Shown here: piece by piece, positions 28,984-38,076 of the stretch | Position numbering within the stretch: the first letter of the stretch is position 1 | How the letters are laid out: each line of letters begins with the position of its first letter | Assembly: GCA_037382325.1 (NCBI GenBank) | Contig: JARRQA010000005.1 | Span: 1 to 60,089, forward strand | Source: Robiginitalea sp. | Lineage (GTDB): Bacteria > Bacteroidota > Bacteroidia > Flavobacteriales > Flavobacteriaceae | Reading direction: 5' to 3' | DNA: 60,089 nucleotides | Program-made: the position numbers and the translations under genes | The notes under the pieces: generated by a model | What the model was told of the DNA's origin: nothing | What the model saw: the letters and a program-made list of their open reading frames with translations, nothing else | Databases searched by the model: none

Positions 28984-31167
28984 TTACGATTTCCCCACCA
29001 GCGAAAAGTCCAGGTGTCGTTTTATCAGATCGGTATTCTTCACCATCACTTCTACCTCGCCTCCAAGCTGATACATCTTCCCTTTTCGTTCCCCCACCAG
29101 GGCGTACTGCCTTTCATCAAAGGTATAATAATCATCCTTTAAATCCCGGATCCGAACCATTCCCTCACATTTATTGTCAATAATCTCCACATAGATCCCC
29201 CACTCCGTAACCCCTGAAATCACACCGGTAAAAACCTCATCCCGATGATCTTCCATAAACTTGATCTGCATATACTTCACAGAGTCCCGTTCCGCTTTTA
29301 CCGCAAGATTTTCCATTTCAGAGGCGTGTTTGGCTTTCTCTTCATAGCTGGCCGCATTCGGGGATTTTTCGCCCTCCAGGTAGCGCTGCAACAACCGGTG
29401 CACCATCACATCCGGATACCTTCGGATCGGAGAGGTAAAATGGGTGTAATAATCAAAGGCTAGTCCGTAATGCCCGATGTTATCTGTGCTGTAAACCGCT
29501 TTGCTCATACTCCGGATGGCCAGGGTGTCTACCATGTTTTGCTCTTTTTTACCTTTTACATCTTCCAGAAGCTGATTCAATGAACTGTTCAGCGATTTTT
29601 TATTCTTGAAGTTCAATTTGTAACCGAAACGTTTTATAAGGCCATTCAGGGCGAAAAGCTTGTCCTCATCAGGCTCGTCGTGGATACGGTAAATAAATGT
29701 TTTTTCCGGTTTTTGCCTGCCTATGAATTCCGCAACCTTGCGGTTGGCAAGCAGCATGAATTCTTCTATAAGTTTGTTGGCGTCCTTGCTCTCCTTAAAA
29801 TAAACGCCCACCGGATTATTGTCTTTATCCAGGTTGAATTTAACCTCTACCTTATCGAAGGAAATAGCGCCATGTGCCATACGTTTTTTGCGGAGGATCT
29901 TTGCCAGCCGGTCCAGGGAAAGTATCGCCTCCACTATAGGCTCCGGGAGTTCATAGCCCTTTCCACGTATGGATAGTTTCCCGGGAATGTTTCCTTTTTT
30001 GGTTTCGATTACGTGCTGTGCTTCTTCATAAGCGAGTCGTTCATCCGAGTGTGTCACGGTCCTTCCAAACCACTGATTTTTTACCTGACCCCTGGAGTCG
30101 AGTTCGAAAATCGCAGAGAAGGTGAGTTTATCTTCCCGGGGGCGGAGGGAACAGGCATTATTCGAAAGGATTTCAGGCAACATAGGCACAACCCTGTCTA
30201 CCAGATACACACTCGTTGCCCGGGCATAGGCTTCTTCCTCGAGGACTGTATCCGGTTTTACGTAATGGGAAACATCCGCAATATGAATCCCAACTTCCAG
30301 GTTTCCATTTTCCAGTTCCCGAAAGGAGAGGGCATCGTCAAAATCCTTGGCATCTTTAGGATCAATCGTAAAAGTGAGGATCTCCCGCAGGTCCTTCCGC
30401 TTGCGAACTTCTTTGGGATGTATACGTGTATCCAGGGAATTTGCATAATGCTCCACCTCATCGGGGAATGTATAAGGGAGTCCGTATTCCGCCAGGATCG
30501 AATGGATTTCTGTATCGTGTTCCCCCGGGGTTCCAAGGACCTCAATGATTTTTCCGTAGGGGCTATCCGCATCTTCAGGCCAGCGCTCAAACCTTACGAC
30601 AACTTTTTCTTTGTGACTGGCACCTGAGAGATGCTCCAGGGGCACAAAAAAATCTGTGTACATCCGGGAATCCGTTGGACGCACAAAAGCATAGGATTTA
30701 TACAGGTCGACGATGCCGACAAAATCGGTTTTCCGTCGTTTCAGAACACGTATTACCTTACCCTCCGGACGGCTTCCTTTCTTTTTCTGAAAAAGTTGTA
30801 CCTCAACTGTATCTCCGTGAAATGCCTTATTCAAATTAGGGAAGCTGACAAAAATATCATCCTCGAGTTCCTCTGTACTGATATAAGCATTCCCCTGCGT
30901 ATTAACGTCCACGACACCCGAATAAACCCTGGGGACATAGACCGCCTGGTATTTTCCTTTTGAAGTTTCCTTAATTCTGTTTTTCTTTTGAAGCTCTGAA
31001 AGCCTCTTAATCAGAAGGTTGCGTTCTTCTGTATCATTTATATCAATTTTCGACGCGATCTGCTTATAGTTGAAGCTTTTGTTCGGCTCCGTCTCCAGAA
31101 CCGTAAAAATATCCCTGGTTATCTCATTTTTAAGGTGGTTTTTAGCCCGTTTTTTCTTCTTCGACAT
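28984..31167 (-). CDS. rnr: Ribonuclease R
   Basis: TIDPKDAKDFDDALS, HIADVSHYV, IEEFMLLAN, YTHFTSPIRRYPD and a C-terminal S1 domain. Confidence 0.97.
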   Translation of the reverse strand: MSKKKKRAKNHLKNEITRDIFTVLETEPNKSFNYKQIASKIDINDTEERNLLIKRLSELQKKNRIKETSKGKYQAVYVPRVYSGVVDVNTQGNAYISTEELEDDIFVSFPNLNKAFHGDTVEVQLFQKKKGSRPEGKVIRVLKRRKTDFVGIVDLYKSYAFVRPTDSRMYTDFFVPLEHLSGASHKEKVVVRFERWPEDADSPYGKIIEVLGTPGEHDTEIHSILAEYGLPYTFPDEVEHYANSLDTRIHPKEVRKRKDLREILTFTIDPKDAKDFDDALSFRELENGNLEVGIHIADVSHYVKPDTVLEEEAYARATSVYLVDRVVPMLPEILSNNACSLRPREDKLTFSAIFELDSRGQVKNQWFGRTVTHSDERLAYEEAQHVIETKKGNIPGKLSIRGKGYELPEPIVEAILSLDRLAKILRKKRMAHGAISFDKVEVKFNLDKDNNPVGVYFKESKDANKLIEEFMLLANRKVAEFIGRQKPEKTFIYRIHDEPDEDKLFALNGLIKRFGYKLNFKNKKSLNSSLNQLLEDVKGKKEQNMVDTLAIRSMSKAVYSTDNIGHYGLAFDYYTHFTSPIRRYPDVMVHRLLQRYLEGEKSPNAASYEEKAKHASEMENLAVKAERDSVKYMQIKFMEDHRDEVFTGVISGVTEWGIYVEIIDNKCEGMVRIRDLKDDYYTFDERQYALVGERKGKMYQLGGEVEVMVKNTDLIKRHLDFSLVGKS

Positions 31168-31199
31168 TCAATATTTTATTTCACGGCAAATTACGAATA

Positions 31200-31730
31200 A
31201 ATATCTCCCTGTGATTGGCTGGGAACAAAAACAACCCATAAGATCTATATACTAACAGCCTATTTATAATTATTATGTTTTTTAATTTAAAAAAGTAAAT
31301 ATGATTATGATTATGGCTTGTTGATATCTGGTATAAAAATCCATATCAATTCTTGGAATATTCGTAAGCAATAAGAAATCAACAGCATATGAGAGAACCA
31401 AATCGCAGTGTCTCAGAATTATAGTAAGGTTATTAACGTGTACTCAGAAAAAGAATTAACAGCGAATTCTTGATAAAATTATATCAAATCAATGTTGATT
31501 AGTGGTCGTTTTATGTGAGTATTAAGTGAAGGAATTATGATAAGGATCTCTTGTTTTTCTGAAGGAGAAACTGCAATGAAAAATTACCGCGGTTTTTCCA
31601 AATGAGATTATGTAGATTTTATTCGCATGTTCTTAACAATTTATTTATTTATAAAAGACTTTAAATGAATTGTTTATGGTTTTAATGAAAAGGTAATGTT
31701 AAGAAAAATTCACAAGGTCTTTCCCTGTAG
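31200..31730. other. Candidate chromosomal replication origin (oriC)
   Basis: AT-rich non-coding region between divergent rnr and rpiB. ATACTAACA-GCC-TATTTATAATTATTATG followed by an A/T tract, plus about eight degenerate TTAT(C/T)AACA-like 9-mers on both strands. parS sites and mnmG lie within 30 kb. Confidence 0.6.
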
Positions 31731-31770
31731 GGTTCGTATCTTTACTCCAGAGCACTAAAAGGAAGGATCT

Positions 31771-32202
31771 ATGAAAATTTCGATAGGAAACGACCACGCC
31801 GGAACGGAATACAAACTGGCGATTGTAGGGTTATTAAAATCCATGGGATATGAGGTAATCAACCACGGAACGGATAGTTCGGACAGTGTCGACTATCCTG
31901 ATTTTATTCATCCGGTGGCTTCAGATGTTGCTTCAGGGCTTTCCGACTATGGAATCATCATTTGCGGAAGTGGCAATGGGGCGACCATGACAGCCAACAA
32001 ACATCAGAAAATAAGAGCTGCTCTTTGTTGGAACAAAGAAATTGTCTCCCTGGCACGGCAACACAACGATGCAAACATATTAAGCCTTCCGGCTCGATTT
32101 ATAGCCATTCCCCAGGCGCTGGAAATGGTAAAGACTTTCCTGAATACCTCTTTCGAAGGAGGAAGGCACGCCCGCAGGGTTGAAAAAATACCCTGTCATT
32201 GA
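31771..32202 (+). CDS. rpiB: Ribose-5-phosphate isomerase B
   Basis: IGNDHAG, SVDYPD, ICGSGNG, ARQHNDAN and FEGGRHARR. Confidence 0.96.
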   Translation: MKISIGNDHAGTEYKLAIVGLLKSMGYEVINHGTDSSDSVDYPDFIHPVASDVASGLSDYGIIICGSGNGATMTANKHQKIRAALCWNKEIVSLARQHNDANILSLPARFIAIPQALEMVKTFLNTSFEGGRHARRVEKIPCH

Positions 32203-32239
32203 TAACAGACAGGTAATCCTGTAAATTTCCATTCCGAAG

Positions 32240-33160
32240 ATGACACACGGGCACCATCACCATCATCACCATCACGATTCCCACGACCTGAAAGGGAGAA
32301 ATCTGTTGATATCCATCGTTTTGAATGTGGTGATTACCCTTTCACAGATCATTGGTGGGATCATCTCCGGAAGCCTTGCCCTTTTATCAGATGCGCTTCA
32401 CAACCTGAGTGACGTCCTCTCCCTCATAATCAGCTACATCGCCAATGTCCTGGCCCGTAAAAAAGCATCTTCTGGCAAAACCTTTGGTTATAAACGGGCG
32501 GAGATCATTGCGGCCTTTGTAAATTCAGCTACGCTGATTATCGTTGCGGTTTTTCTTATCAAGGAAGCCATAGAAAGATTTTTTAATCCGGAAGAAATAG
32601 GCTCTGCTATTGTCATTGCCCTTTCAATACTTGGAATCCTGGCGAATGGTTTCAGTGTGTTGCTATTGCGTCCGGATTCTGACCGGAATATGAACCTCCG
32701 GTCAGCATACCTGCATCTCCTCACCGATATGATGGCATCTGTGGCGGTCCTCATAGGGGGGATTCTCATGTATTATTTTAACTGGTTTTGGATAGACCCC
32801 TTGCTTACTATCATAATTGCCCTTTACCTCATTTTTATGGGGTATGACCTCCTGAAGGATTCAACCCGTGTATTGATGCTGTTCACTCCGAATACCCTAC
32901 AAGTCCAGAACATCGTACAGGCCATCTGTACCCTTAAACCAGTTAAGAATGTCCATCATGTACATATCTGGCAGCTCAATGAGGATGAGGTTCACATGGA
33001 AGCCCATATCGATTTTGTGGAAAATATCCGCTTGTCTGAATTCGATCAGATCCTGGATGACATAGAGGAATTGGTGTACCGGGAATTTGGGATTAACCAT
33101 GTGAATATTCAACCCGAATTCAATAAATGTGACAGTAAGAATGTTATCGTGCAGGATTGA
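32240..33160 (+). CDS. Cation diffusion facilitator (CzcD-like Zn/Co/Cd exporter)
   Basis: Poly-His N-terminus, SLALLSDALHNLSD, TFGYKRAE, SAYLHLLTD and HHVHIW. Confidence 0.93.
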   Translation: MTHGHHHHHHHHDSHDLKGRNLLISIVLNVVITLSQIIGGIISGSLALLSDALHNLSDVLSLIISYIANVLARKKASSGKTFGYKRAEIIAAFVNSATLIIVAVFLIKEAIERFFNPEEIGSAIVIALSILGILANGFSVLLLRPDSDRNMNLRSAYLHLLTDMMASVAVLIGGILMYYFNWFWIDPLLTIIIALYLIFMGYDLLKDSTRVLMLFTPNTLQVQNIVQAICTLKPVKNVHHVHIWQLNEDEVHMEAHIDFVENIRLSEFDQILDDIEELVYREFGINHVNIQPEFNKCDSKNVIVQD

Positions 33161-33165
33161 GGGAA

Positions 33166-33606
33166 ATGCAAATAATCGTCAAAACATTTCAGGAACTGGA
33201 CATTGAGGAACTCTACAAGTTATTACAGCTTCGATCTGATATCTTCGTAGTGGAACAGGACTGTGTTTTCCTGGATCCGGATGACAAAGACCAGTCAGCA
33301 CTTCATGTATTGGGTTGGAAAGGAAGGGAACTTGTGGCCTACGCCCGCATTTTCGGTCCCGGAGAATATTTTGAGCAAGCCAGTATTGGCAGGGTAGCAG
33401 TAAAGAAATCGTTCCGTGGAAGGGGGTATGGGGTACAAATCATGCAAGAGTCCATCAAAGCAGTGAAAGGGCATTTCGGAACTACCGACATTGCCCTTTC
33501 TGCCCAGAAATATCTCGAACAATTTTACAGGGATCTCGGTTTTTCAACAGAGGGAAAAGAATACATGGAAGACGGTATACCCCACGTACGAATGGTCCTT
33601 CAATAA
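33166..33606 (+). CDS. ElaA-like GNAT N-acetyltransferase
   Basis: LRSDIFVVEQDC, IGRVAV...RGRGYG, SAQKYLEQFY..LGF and EDGIPH. Alternative TTG start at 33157. Confidence 0.9.
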   Translation: MQIIVKTFQELDIEELYKLLQLRSDIFVVEQDCVFLDPDDKDQSALHVLGWKGRELVAYARIFGPGEYFEQASIGRVAVKKSFRGRGYGVQIMQESIKAVKGHFGTTDIALSAQKYLEQFYRDLGFSTEGKEYMEDGIPHVRMVLQ

Positions 33607-33640
33607 GACTCCCAACAACTAAAAACAGCTGGAATAAAGC

Positions 33641-34018
33641 TCAGGTAATTTTAATGGGTTGTTTATTTCCCAGGTTGAGCTCGTTTAGAAGGGTGTCGGT
33701 AAATTTGTAATGCCCACGGAAGGTTATAATCCTGAACCTGTTGGACTTCATCCTGCTTAAGGTATCCAAGAACAACCATTTTGATTTCAAAAGGGTTGGC
33801 TTTTCAGACTTCAGGCTGATGTCAAAAAAGTATTTGATCCCATTTTTGGTTGCCGTGATGTCTGGAGTAACCGGATTTCCGGAACTTTTTTTAAGGTAGG
33901 ATTTAGGCGTTTCGTACCCGTCCATATCCACCTTAATGTTGTTAAATCCCCGGGCTTCTAAATGTTCTACAGATTGTTGTAAAACGTCTTGATTTTCTTG
34001 CTTTTCTATTTTAATCAT
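33641..34018 (-). CDS. Hypothetical protein, possible PD-(D/E)XK-like fold
   Basis: 125 aa ORF filling an intergenic gap; LEARGF...TPDITA...YFFDISLK pattern. Confidence 0.7.
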   Translation of the reverse strand: MIKIEKQENQDVLQQSVEHLEARGFNNIKVDMDGYETPKSYLKKSSGNPVTPDITATKNGIKYFFDISLKSEKPTLLKSKWLFLDTLSRMKSNRFRIITFRGHYKFTDTLLNELNLGNKQPIKIT

Positions 34019-34105
34019 ACCTCGTAAGATACATTTTTCTGAAGGAAAAACAAAATATCGAGAGGGATTAACATTTTATTAATGAATTAAAAATCAAGGA
34101 TTTAT

Positions 34106-35170
34106 TCAAAGCGCAATAGTCTTTCCCGTACGCACAGAGGCATCTGCAGCCAGAACGATCTTTAGGCTGTTTACGGCATCTCGAAGGTGATCTGTAAGAT
34201 CCAGGTCCTCGAGAATTGCTTTCAGGAAGAATTGCTGCTCCAAAAGACACAACCTGTCGTGGTCAGGTTCGTCTCCCACATTCAACAAGCTGTCCGCCCG
34301 TTCAAACCGGCCGTCCTTACCCAGGGCGCTGAAATGCCTGTGAAGCATTCCTGTTTTTGTGTGCCCTTCGATGTCGTCTGAAGAACCCCTGGGCGCATCG
34401 GATATAGACACGGACCCTTTGGGCCCGATGACATCTTTGATAAAAAAAGAGGTCTCACTCATCATGGGCCCCCATCCGGCTTCATACCACCCGACGGAAC
34501 CATCTTCAAAACGCACCTGCAGCTGTCCGTAATTATACATCCCCTCATCGATCTCATCGGTTAACCTAGCGCCGATAGCGCTCACGCTCACCGGCCGCGA
34601 TCCGGTCATCATGCACATGATGTCCACATAGTGCACCCCGCAATCCACAATTGGAGACATGGAATTCATAAGCTGTTTGTGCGTATACCATTGTTTTCCG
34701 GAACTTTGTTGGTTCAGGTTCATTCGCATGACCAGCGGCTTGCCCAGAGTGCGAGCCAGTTCAACGAAGCGTGACCAGGAAGGATGTACCCGCAAAATAT
34801 ACCCCACTACCAGTTTGAGATCTTTATCATGTGCTAAAGTGACGAGGTCATCGGCCTCTTCTGTAGTCATTGCAAGAGGTTTCTCCACGAACACGTGGCA
34901 GCCCGCAACCAGAGCTTCTTTTACGAGGCCGGCATGTGAATCCGGATAGGTGTTGACAGAAACAGCGCAAGCCCTGCTATTGCGAAGAGCTTCCGATAGG
35001 GAGGAAAATGTCGGATACCCCCCGAGCTCATCGGAAAGCCGTTCACGGCTTTTGGGGTTCCGGCTGACCAGCCCCATAATTTCAAACCCTTCCATATGGT
35101 GATATGCCCGGGCATGGCTCGTTCCCATATTCCCGCATCCGACCACGATGATTCCAATTTTTTGCGTCAT
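34106..35170 (-). CDS. Gfo/Idh/MocA-family oxidoreductase
   Basis: VVGCGNMG, HVFVEKPLA, VGYILR and DCGVHYVD. Confidence 0.92.
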   Translation of the reverse strand: MTQKIGIIVVGCGNMGTSHARAYHHMEGFEIMGLVSRNPKSRERLSDELGGYPTFSSLSEALRNSRACAVSVNTYPDSHAGLVKEALVAGCHVFVEKPLAMTTEEADDLVTLAHDKDLKLVVGYILRVHPSWSRFVELARTLGKPLVMRMNLNQQSSGKQWYTHKQLMNSMSPIVDCGVHYVDIMCMMTGSRPVSVSAIGARLTDEIDEGMYNYGQLQVRFEDGSVGWYEAGWGPMMSETSFFIKDVIGPKGSVSISDAPRGSSDDIEGHTKTGMLHRHFSALGKDGRFERADSLLNVGDEPDHDRLCLLEQQFFLKAILEDLDLTDHLRDAVNSLKIVLAADASVRTGKTIAL

Positions 35171-37116
35171 TTTTCCAGGCTGAAAGCGATTATCTTATTC
35201 CCCTTCTCAGTGCCGAGTTTTTCACCGCCGCAGGCTAAAGCAATGTACTGTTTTCCCCCTATATCGTATAAAGCAGGCGTTGCAAAGGCCGGGGCCGGCA
35301 GCCTGTATTCCCAAAGAAGGCTCCCTGTATTCCGGTCAAAAGCCCTGAAATAGCCATCCTTGGTCGCTGCAATAAACAAAAGTCCGTTTTCGGTCACCAC
35401 GGGCCCCCCGTAATTCTCAGTCCCTGTAGGAAGGGACCCTGCTGTTTTGAGTTCCGGGGTGTCCCCCAGGGGAACACTCCAAAGATAGTCTCCTGAATTC
35501 AGATCAATCGCATGCAGGGTTCCCCAGGGCGGGGATATCGCTGGGTGCCCGTTACTATCCAGGAACTTTGTATACCCCATAAACTGATAGGGAAGCACAG
35601 CAGCGGCGGGGCTCGTTACTTCTTGTTTATCACTGGTTTGACCCGGGGCTCCAAGAGAGCCTTCTCCAGGACTTTCATCTCCTTCAAAATCCGGGGTTTC
35701 CCGCATCTGCAGAATCCAGGGCATCTCATTGGAATTCACATAAAGGATTCCCTGATCCGGATCTGCACCGGCACCGCCCCATTCGGCACCCCCGTCAAAA
35801 CCTGGCAAAAGGAGGACGGGGTTGAGGCCGGGCGGCGCAAACCGCCGTTTATCCAATTTCTGGAAGCGCTGAAGCAGGGAGTCTTCCGGCGGGGCATAGG
35901 GGCTGAGATCGTCAGGAGTCAGGTCCTGGGACTGTCGGGCAAAAGGCCGGGGTTTTACAGGTTTGGGCTGGAATGGCCAGGCCTGTTCTCCGAAAAGCGA
36001 AGAGGCCGGCACCTTTTCTTCTCGTATTTCAAACAATGGTTCTCCGGTCTCCCGGTTGAAAACGAAGACATACCCCTGTTTGGTTACCTGGGCGACGGCG
36101 GGAGTTTTTTCACCATTGTGCATCACATCGAGCAGGTTTGGGGGCGCGGGTGGATCCCGGTCCCACAGGTCGTGATGTACAAATTGAAAATGCCAGAGGC
36201 GTTTTCCGGTATTGGCGTCCAGGGCCAGGAGGCAGTCTGAAAAAAGGTTCATGCCCTTCCGGATCCCCCCGTAGAAATCAGGGGCTGCGGACCCCGTGGG
36301 CACATAGAGGATTTCCCGTTCCGGATCCAGGGTCATCCCGGCCCAGTTGTTGGCGGCCCCTACCTGTTCGTTCAGATAGGTTCCGGGATTTTCCCAGCTT
36401 CCATAGCCGACCTCAGCAGGGTAGGGGATGGTATGAAATACCCATTCGAGTTCCCCGGTCCGAACATTAAAAGCCATGATATTGCCCGGGGCCGCGCCGA
36501 CGCTTTCAGCTACCCGAAGCGGCATAACGATCAGGTCTTTGAAGATGGTCCCCGGGGTATTGGAAATCACAAACTTGTTGCGAGCCGCCTCAGGCATGGT
36601 TGCTCTCAGATCAATTCTTCCTTCAGTGCCGAAAGAGGGAATGGGCTCCCCGGTCAAAGCGTTGAGACACCAAAGATCGGACCCCAGGGTATAAAGGATT
36701 CGTTTGTCGTCCCCGGCCTGCCAATAGGCGACCCCCCGGCTTGTAGAGTGGTAAACCTTTAGTGAATCCCCGAACATCCAGACGCGCTCTCCGGTCCTGG
36801 CATCGAGGGCAAAAGCCCTCAGGGCTGCAGAAACCCCGTATAACAGGGAGTCGACCACAATCGGATTCATCTGCATCTGTCCGTAATCCGGCAGTTCGTG
36901 CTCCCAGGCCACCGAAAGCTCGCCGACATTTTCAGGCGTAAAGGCCCCCAGCGTGCTATAGTGGGTTCGCCCCGGATCTCCAAGATAGTGGGCCCAGGAC
37001 TTATACAAAGGATCTGGGAGCGCATCAGGCAGCGGGCCTTTTTCCTCCCCACACCCCAAAATAAAGACAGAGGACCCGATGAGAAGGATCCGTAAACAGA
37101 AATTTTTGAACACCAT
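35167..37116 (-). CDS. PQQ-dependent dehydrogenase (glucose/quinate-type) lipoprotein
   Basis: Lipoprotein signal from ATG 37116 (MVFK...VFILGC), QMNPIVV, SRGVAYW, HHDLWDRD, GGAEWGG, PPWGTL.AIDL and ENYGGP. Confidence 0.88.
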   Translation of the reverse strand: MVFKNFCLRILLIGSSVFILGCGEEKGPLPDALPDPLYKSWAHYLGDPGRTHYSTLGAFTPENVGELSVAWEHELPDYGQMQMNPIVVDSLLYGVSAALRAFALDARTGERVWMFGDSLKVYHSTSRGVAYWQAGDDKRILYTLGSDLWCLNALTGEPIPSFGTEGRIDLRATMPEAARNKFVISNTPGTIFKDLIVMPLRVAESVGAAPGNIMAFNVRTGELEWVFHTIPYPAEVGYGSWENPGTYLNEQVGAANNWAGMTLDPEREILYVPTGSAAPDFYGGIRKGMNLFSDCLLALDANTGKRLWHFQFVHHDLWDRDPPAPPNLLDVMHNGEKTPAVAQVTKQGYVFVFNRETGEPLFEIREEKVPASSLFGEQAWPFQPKPVKPRPFARQSQDLTPDDLSPYAPPEDSLLQRFQKLDKRRFAPPGLNPVLLLPGFDGGAEWGGAGADPDQGILYVNSNEMPWILQMRETPDFEGDESPGEGSLGAPGQTSDKQEVTSPAAAVLPYQFMGYTKFLDSNGHPAISPPWGTLHAIDLNSGDYLWSVPLGDTPELKTAGSLPTGTENYGGPVVTENGLLFIAATKDGYFRAFDRNTGSLLWEYRLPAPAFATPALYDIGGKQYIALACGGEKLGTEKGNKIIAFSLEK

Positions 37117-37186
37117 TGTGTATTGTGTAAGGATATAGAAGGAATTAAAAGTAGAAAAATCCAGCGGGAAATCCTGAGCGGCCCTA

Positions 37187-38073
37187 TTACCCAAAAAGCG
37201 TGGAACCGATACTGCTCACAGAAGCATAGTAGGAACGCCCAAACAGGTTCAGGTGCACCAGCAGGTAATAAAGCTGGTACAATTTTACCCTCAGGTCAAA
37301 ACCGGGCTGTTTCGGATTGATCTCAAAATAGGCGCCGTAGAATTCCCGAGAAAACCCACCAAAGAGCAGTGACATTGCCAGATCGACCTCTGCGTGTCCA
37401 TAATAAACTGCCGGGTCAATGAGGCAGGGTTTGCCTTCGGCAGACACAAGATAATTCCCGCTCCACAGATCCCCGTGAAGAAGGGAGGGTGCCACTTCGG
37501 GAACCATTGAAGATATCCGGGTTTCCATTTGGGACGCCTCGGGAATTTCCCCGGATGATAGCAGTTGTCGGGACCGGGCTAATTCATACTCGGCCGGGCT
37601 AATTCATACTGGGGAACGAGTCGGTTTTGAATGTAAAAGGCGGTCCAATCCAGGGCCGCTGTATTCTCCTGCGGGAGGGAGCCGATATAATTGGACCGGT
37701 GCCAACCAAAGGATGTCGCAGAAGCCTGATGCATTCTTGCAAGTCCCCTTCCCAGTGCTTTTGATGAGTCGCGGGAACCCGATCCCGGGGGGATGTATTC
37801 AAGCAGGAGACAACTTCCGGCCGGAGTCGAGTCACAACCAAGCACTTCAGGAACCATGAGGGTGTCCGTGTTCGAAATTGCCTGGAGCCCCTCCCTTTCA
37901 GCCTGCAGCATCTGCAGGCCTTTCGAGGCATCCATTATTTTCGCAAAAACAGGCCCCTTGCTGGTGTTTAAAAGGTAGCTTTTGGCAATATCTCCTCCCC
38001 CCAAGGGACGGATTTCCCGAATATGCAGGCTAAAACTGTTTTGAAGGGCTTCTATCAGGTCGGAGCCTTGCAT
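37187..38073 (-). pseudogene. Fructosamine-kinase-family protein, frameshifted by a 20-bp insertion (tandem duplication)
   Basis: 5' ORF (LGGGDI, FAK, LLLEYI, LARMH, FGW..SNYIG..PQEN) and 3' ORF (PSLLHGDLWSGN, IDPAVYYGHAEVDLAM). CCGGGCTAATTCATACT occurs at both 37574-37590 and 37594-37610. Confidence 0.88.
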
Positions 38074-38076
38074 GGA

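Noticed and set aside
31200-31730. CRISPR array or horizontally acquired AT-rich island
   Set aside because: No regularly spaced repeats, cas genes or mobility genes; both flanks are core genes.
32243-32290. CAY trinucleotide run as a contingency repeat
   Set aside because: Mixed CAC/CAT codons encode the usual His-rich tail of CDF transporters, and unit changes would stay in frame.
37117-37194. N-terminal extension of the PQQ dehydrogenase
   Set aside because: ATG at 37116 gives a proper lipoprotein signal, so the upstream stretch is likely intergenic.
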